NCBI GenBank assembly: GCA_028293625.1
Contig: JAQGOL010000030.1
Span: forward strand, 542,566-606,565
Direction of reading: 5' to 3'
Length of the DNA: 64,000 nucleotides
Source of the DNA: Chthoniobacteraceae bacterium
GTDB taxonomy: Bacteria; Verrucomicrobiota; Verrucomicrobiia; Chthoniobacterales; Chthoniobacteraceae
In this document: in pieces, positions 63,602-64,000 of the stretch
Numbering within the stretch: position 1 is the first letter of the stretch
Layout of the letters: each line of letters starts with the position of its first letter
Translations under genes and position numbers: made by a program
The notes under the pieces: generated by a model
Told to the model about the DNA's origin: nothing
Seen by the model: only the letters and a program-made list of their open reading frames with translations
Database searches by the model: none

Positions 63602-64000
63602 TTAACTGCGTTCGATCGGGGCACGGACCGTATTGCCCCACTCCGTCCAGGAACCGTCGTAGTTGCGGACATTCCCGTAGCCAAGAAGGTAGGTTAATAC
63701 AAACCAGGTATGGCTTGAGCGCTCGCCGATGCGGCAGTAAGCGACGATCTCCTGCCCCTGGTCGAGCCCGCAGCCTTCCGTGTAAATGCCGTGCAATTCG
63801 TCCGCTGACTTGAATGTGCCGTCATCGTATACGGCTTTCTTCCATGGCACACTCCGCGCCCCGGGAATATGGCCCCCTCGGAGCACGCCTTCCTGCGGAT
63901 ACTCAGGCATGTGGGTGACTTCCCCGCTGAACTCGCCAGGGGAACGCACATCGATGAGCGGCAGTTTATTTTGGCTCTGCGCCAATGCCTCCTGATAAAA
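63602..64000 (-). CDS. rhodanese-domain sulfurtransferase (partial; 5' end beyond window)
   Basis: Active-site loop [26 protein letters not shown]. The reading frame stays open upstream of the track's TTG start as far as the window edge. Confidence 0.8.
   Translation of the reverse strand, partial: FYQEALAQSQNKLPLIDVRSPGEFSGEVTHMPEYPQEGVLRGGHIPGARSVPWKKAVYDDGTFKSADELHGIYTEGCGLDQGQEIVAYCRIGERSSHTWFVLTYLLGYGNVRNYDGSWTEWGNTVRAPIERS

Overview
This 64-kb window probably comes from a PVC/Verrucomicrobia-like chromosome. That guess rests only on gene content and weak Shine-Dalgarno usage. All calls were made by eye from the sequence and ORF track, with no BLAST, HMM or folding run, so family names are motif-recall calls. 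The track also uses TTG/GTG starts, and I moved several starts to more plausible internal codons.

The right half (30.0-64.0 kb) is ordinary housekeeping DNA: waaA, rsmD, an AsmA-like gene, a lipid kinase, a rhomboid, an M61 peptidase, a beta-carbonic anhydrase, FadL, a PAP2/haloperoxidase-like enzyme, hisG, a bS22-like mini-ORF, a TPR protein, an MqnD-like gene, ilvC/ilvN, a histidine kinase, birA, nadC, an amidohydrolase, sucB/sucA, an HtrA-like protease, a GldA/F/G-like ABC system with DUF4340, SufE and a rhodanese.

The left half is accessory. A 25.7-kb integrative island sits in the 3' end of tRNA-Glu(UUC), bounded by a 37-bp perfect direct repeat (4234-4270 = 29914-29950). It carries:
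- a translationally coupled core of tyrosine integrase, unknown 252-aa ORF, AlpA-like excisionase, AEP-type primase and SF3-like helicase, reminiscent of P4/PICI-type satellites;
- two divergent copies of a TerS-like HTH gene, each with a zinc-ribbon membrane gene nearby (one copy decayed);
- an IS transposase tail and a histidine-kinase/receiver pseudogene remnant;
- a cargo cassette of unknown function: a HEAT-like membrane protein, an NlpC/P60 peptidase, a DUF1399-like protein and a divergent TPR protein;
- an XRE regulator followed by a Type I R-M operon (hsdM-hsdS-DUF262/DUF1524-hsdR-M48 peptidase);
- a cytoplasmic S1-type serine protease coupled to a small partner that resembles its own N-terminal domain.

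DNA left of the distal repeat (1-4233) ends with about 210 bp that mimic the island's own tRNA-proximal end. This suggests a second, tandem element or remnant.

Non-coding signals found:
- putative arm-type integrase repeats at both island ends;
- a recurrent palindrome, TGCGCC-N3-4-GGCGCA(CATTA), at five intergenic sites in the mobile DNA;
- 42-43-bp repeat units shared by the two paralogous modules;
- two clear intrinsic terminators.

No CRISPR array or rRNA is present. I recognised no complete known defence system other than the Type I R-M. The most promising undescribed candidates are the protease-partner pair, the four-gene cargo cassette and the accessory genes embedded in the R-M operon.
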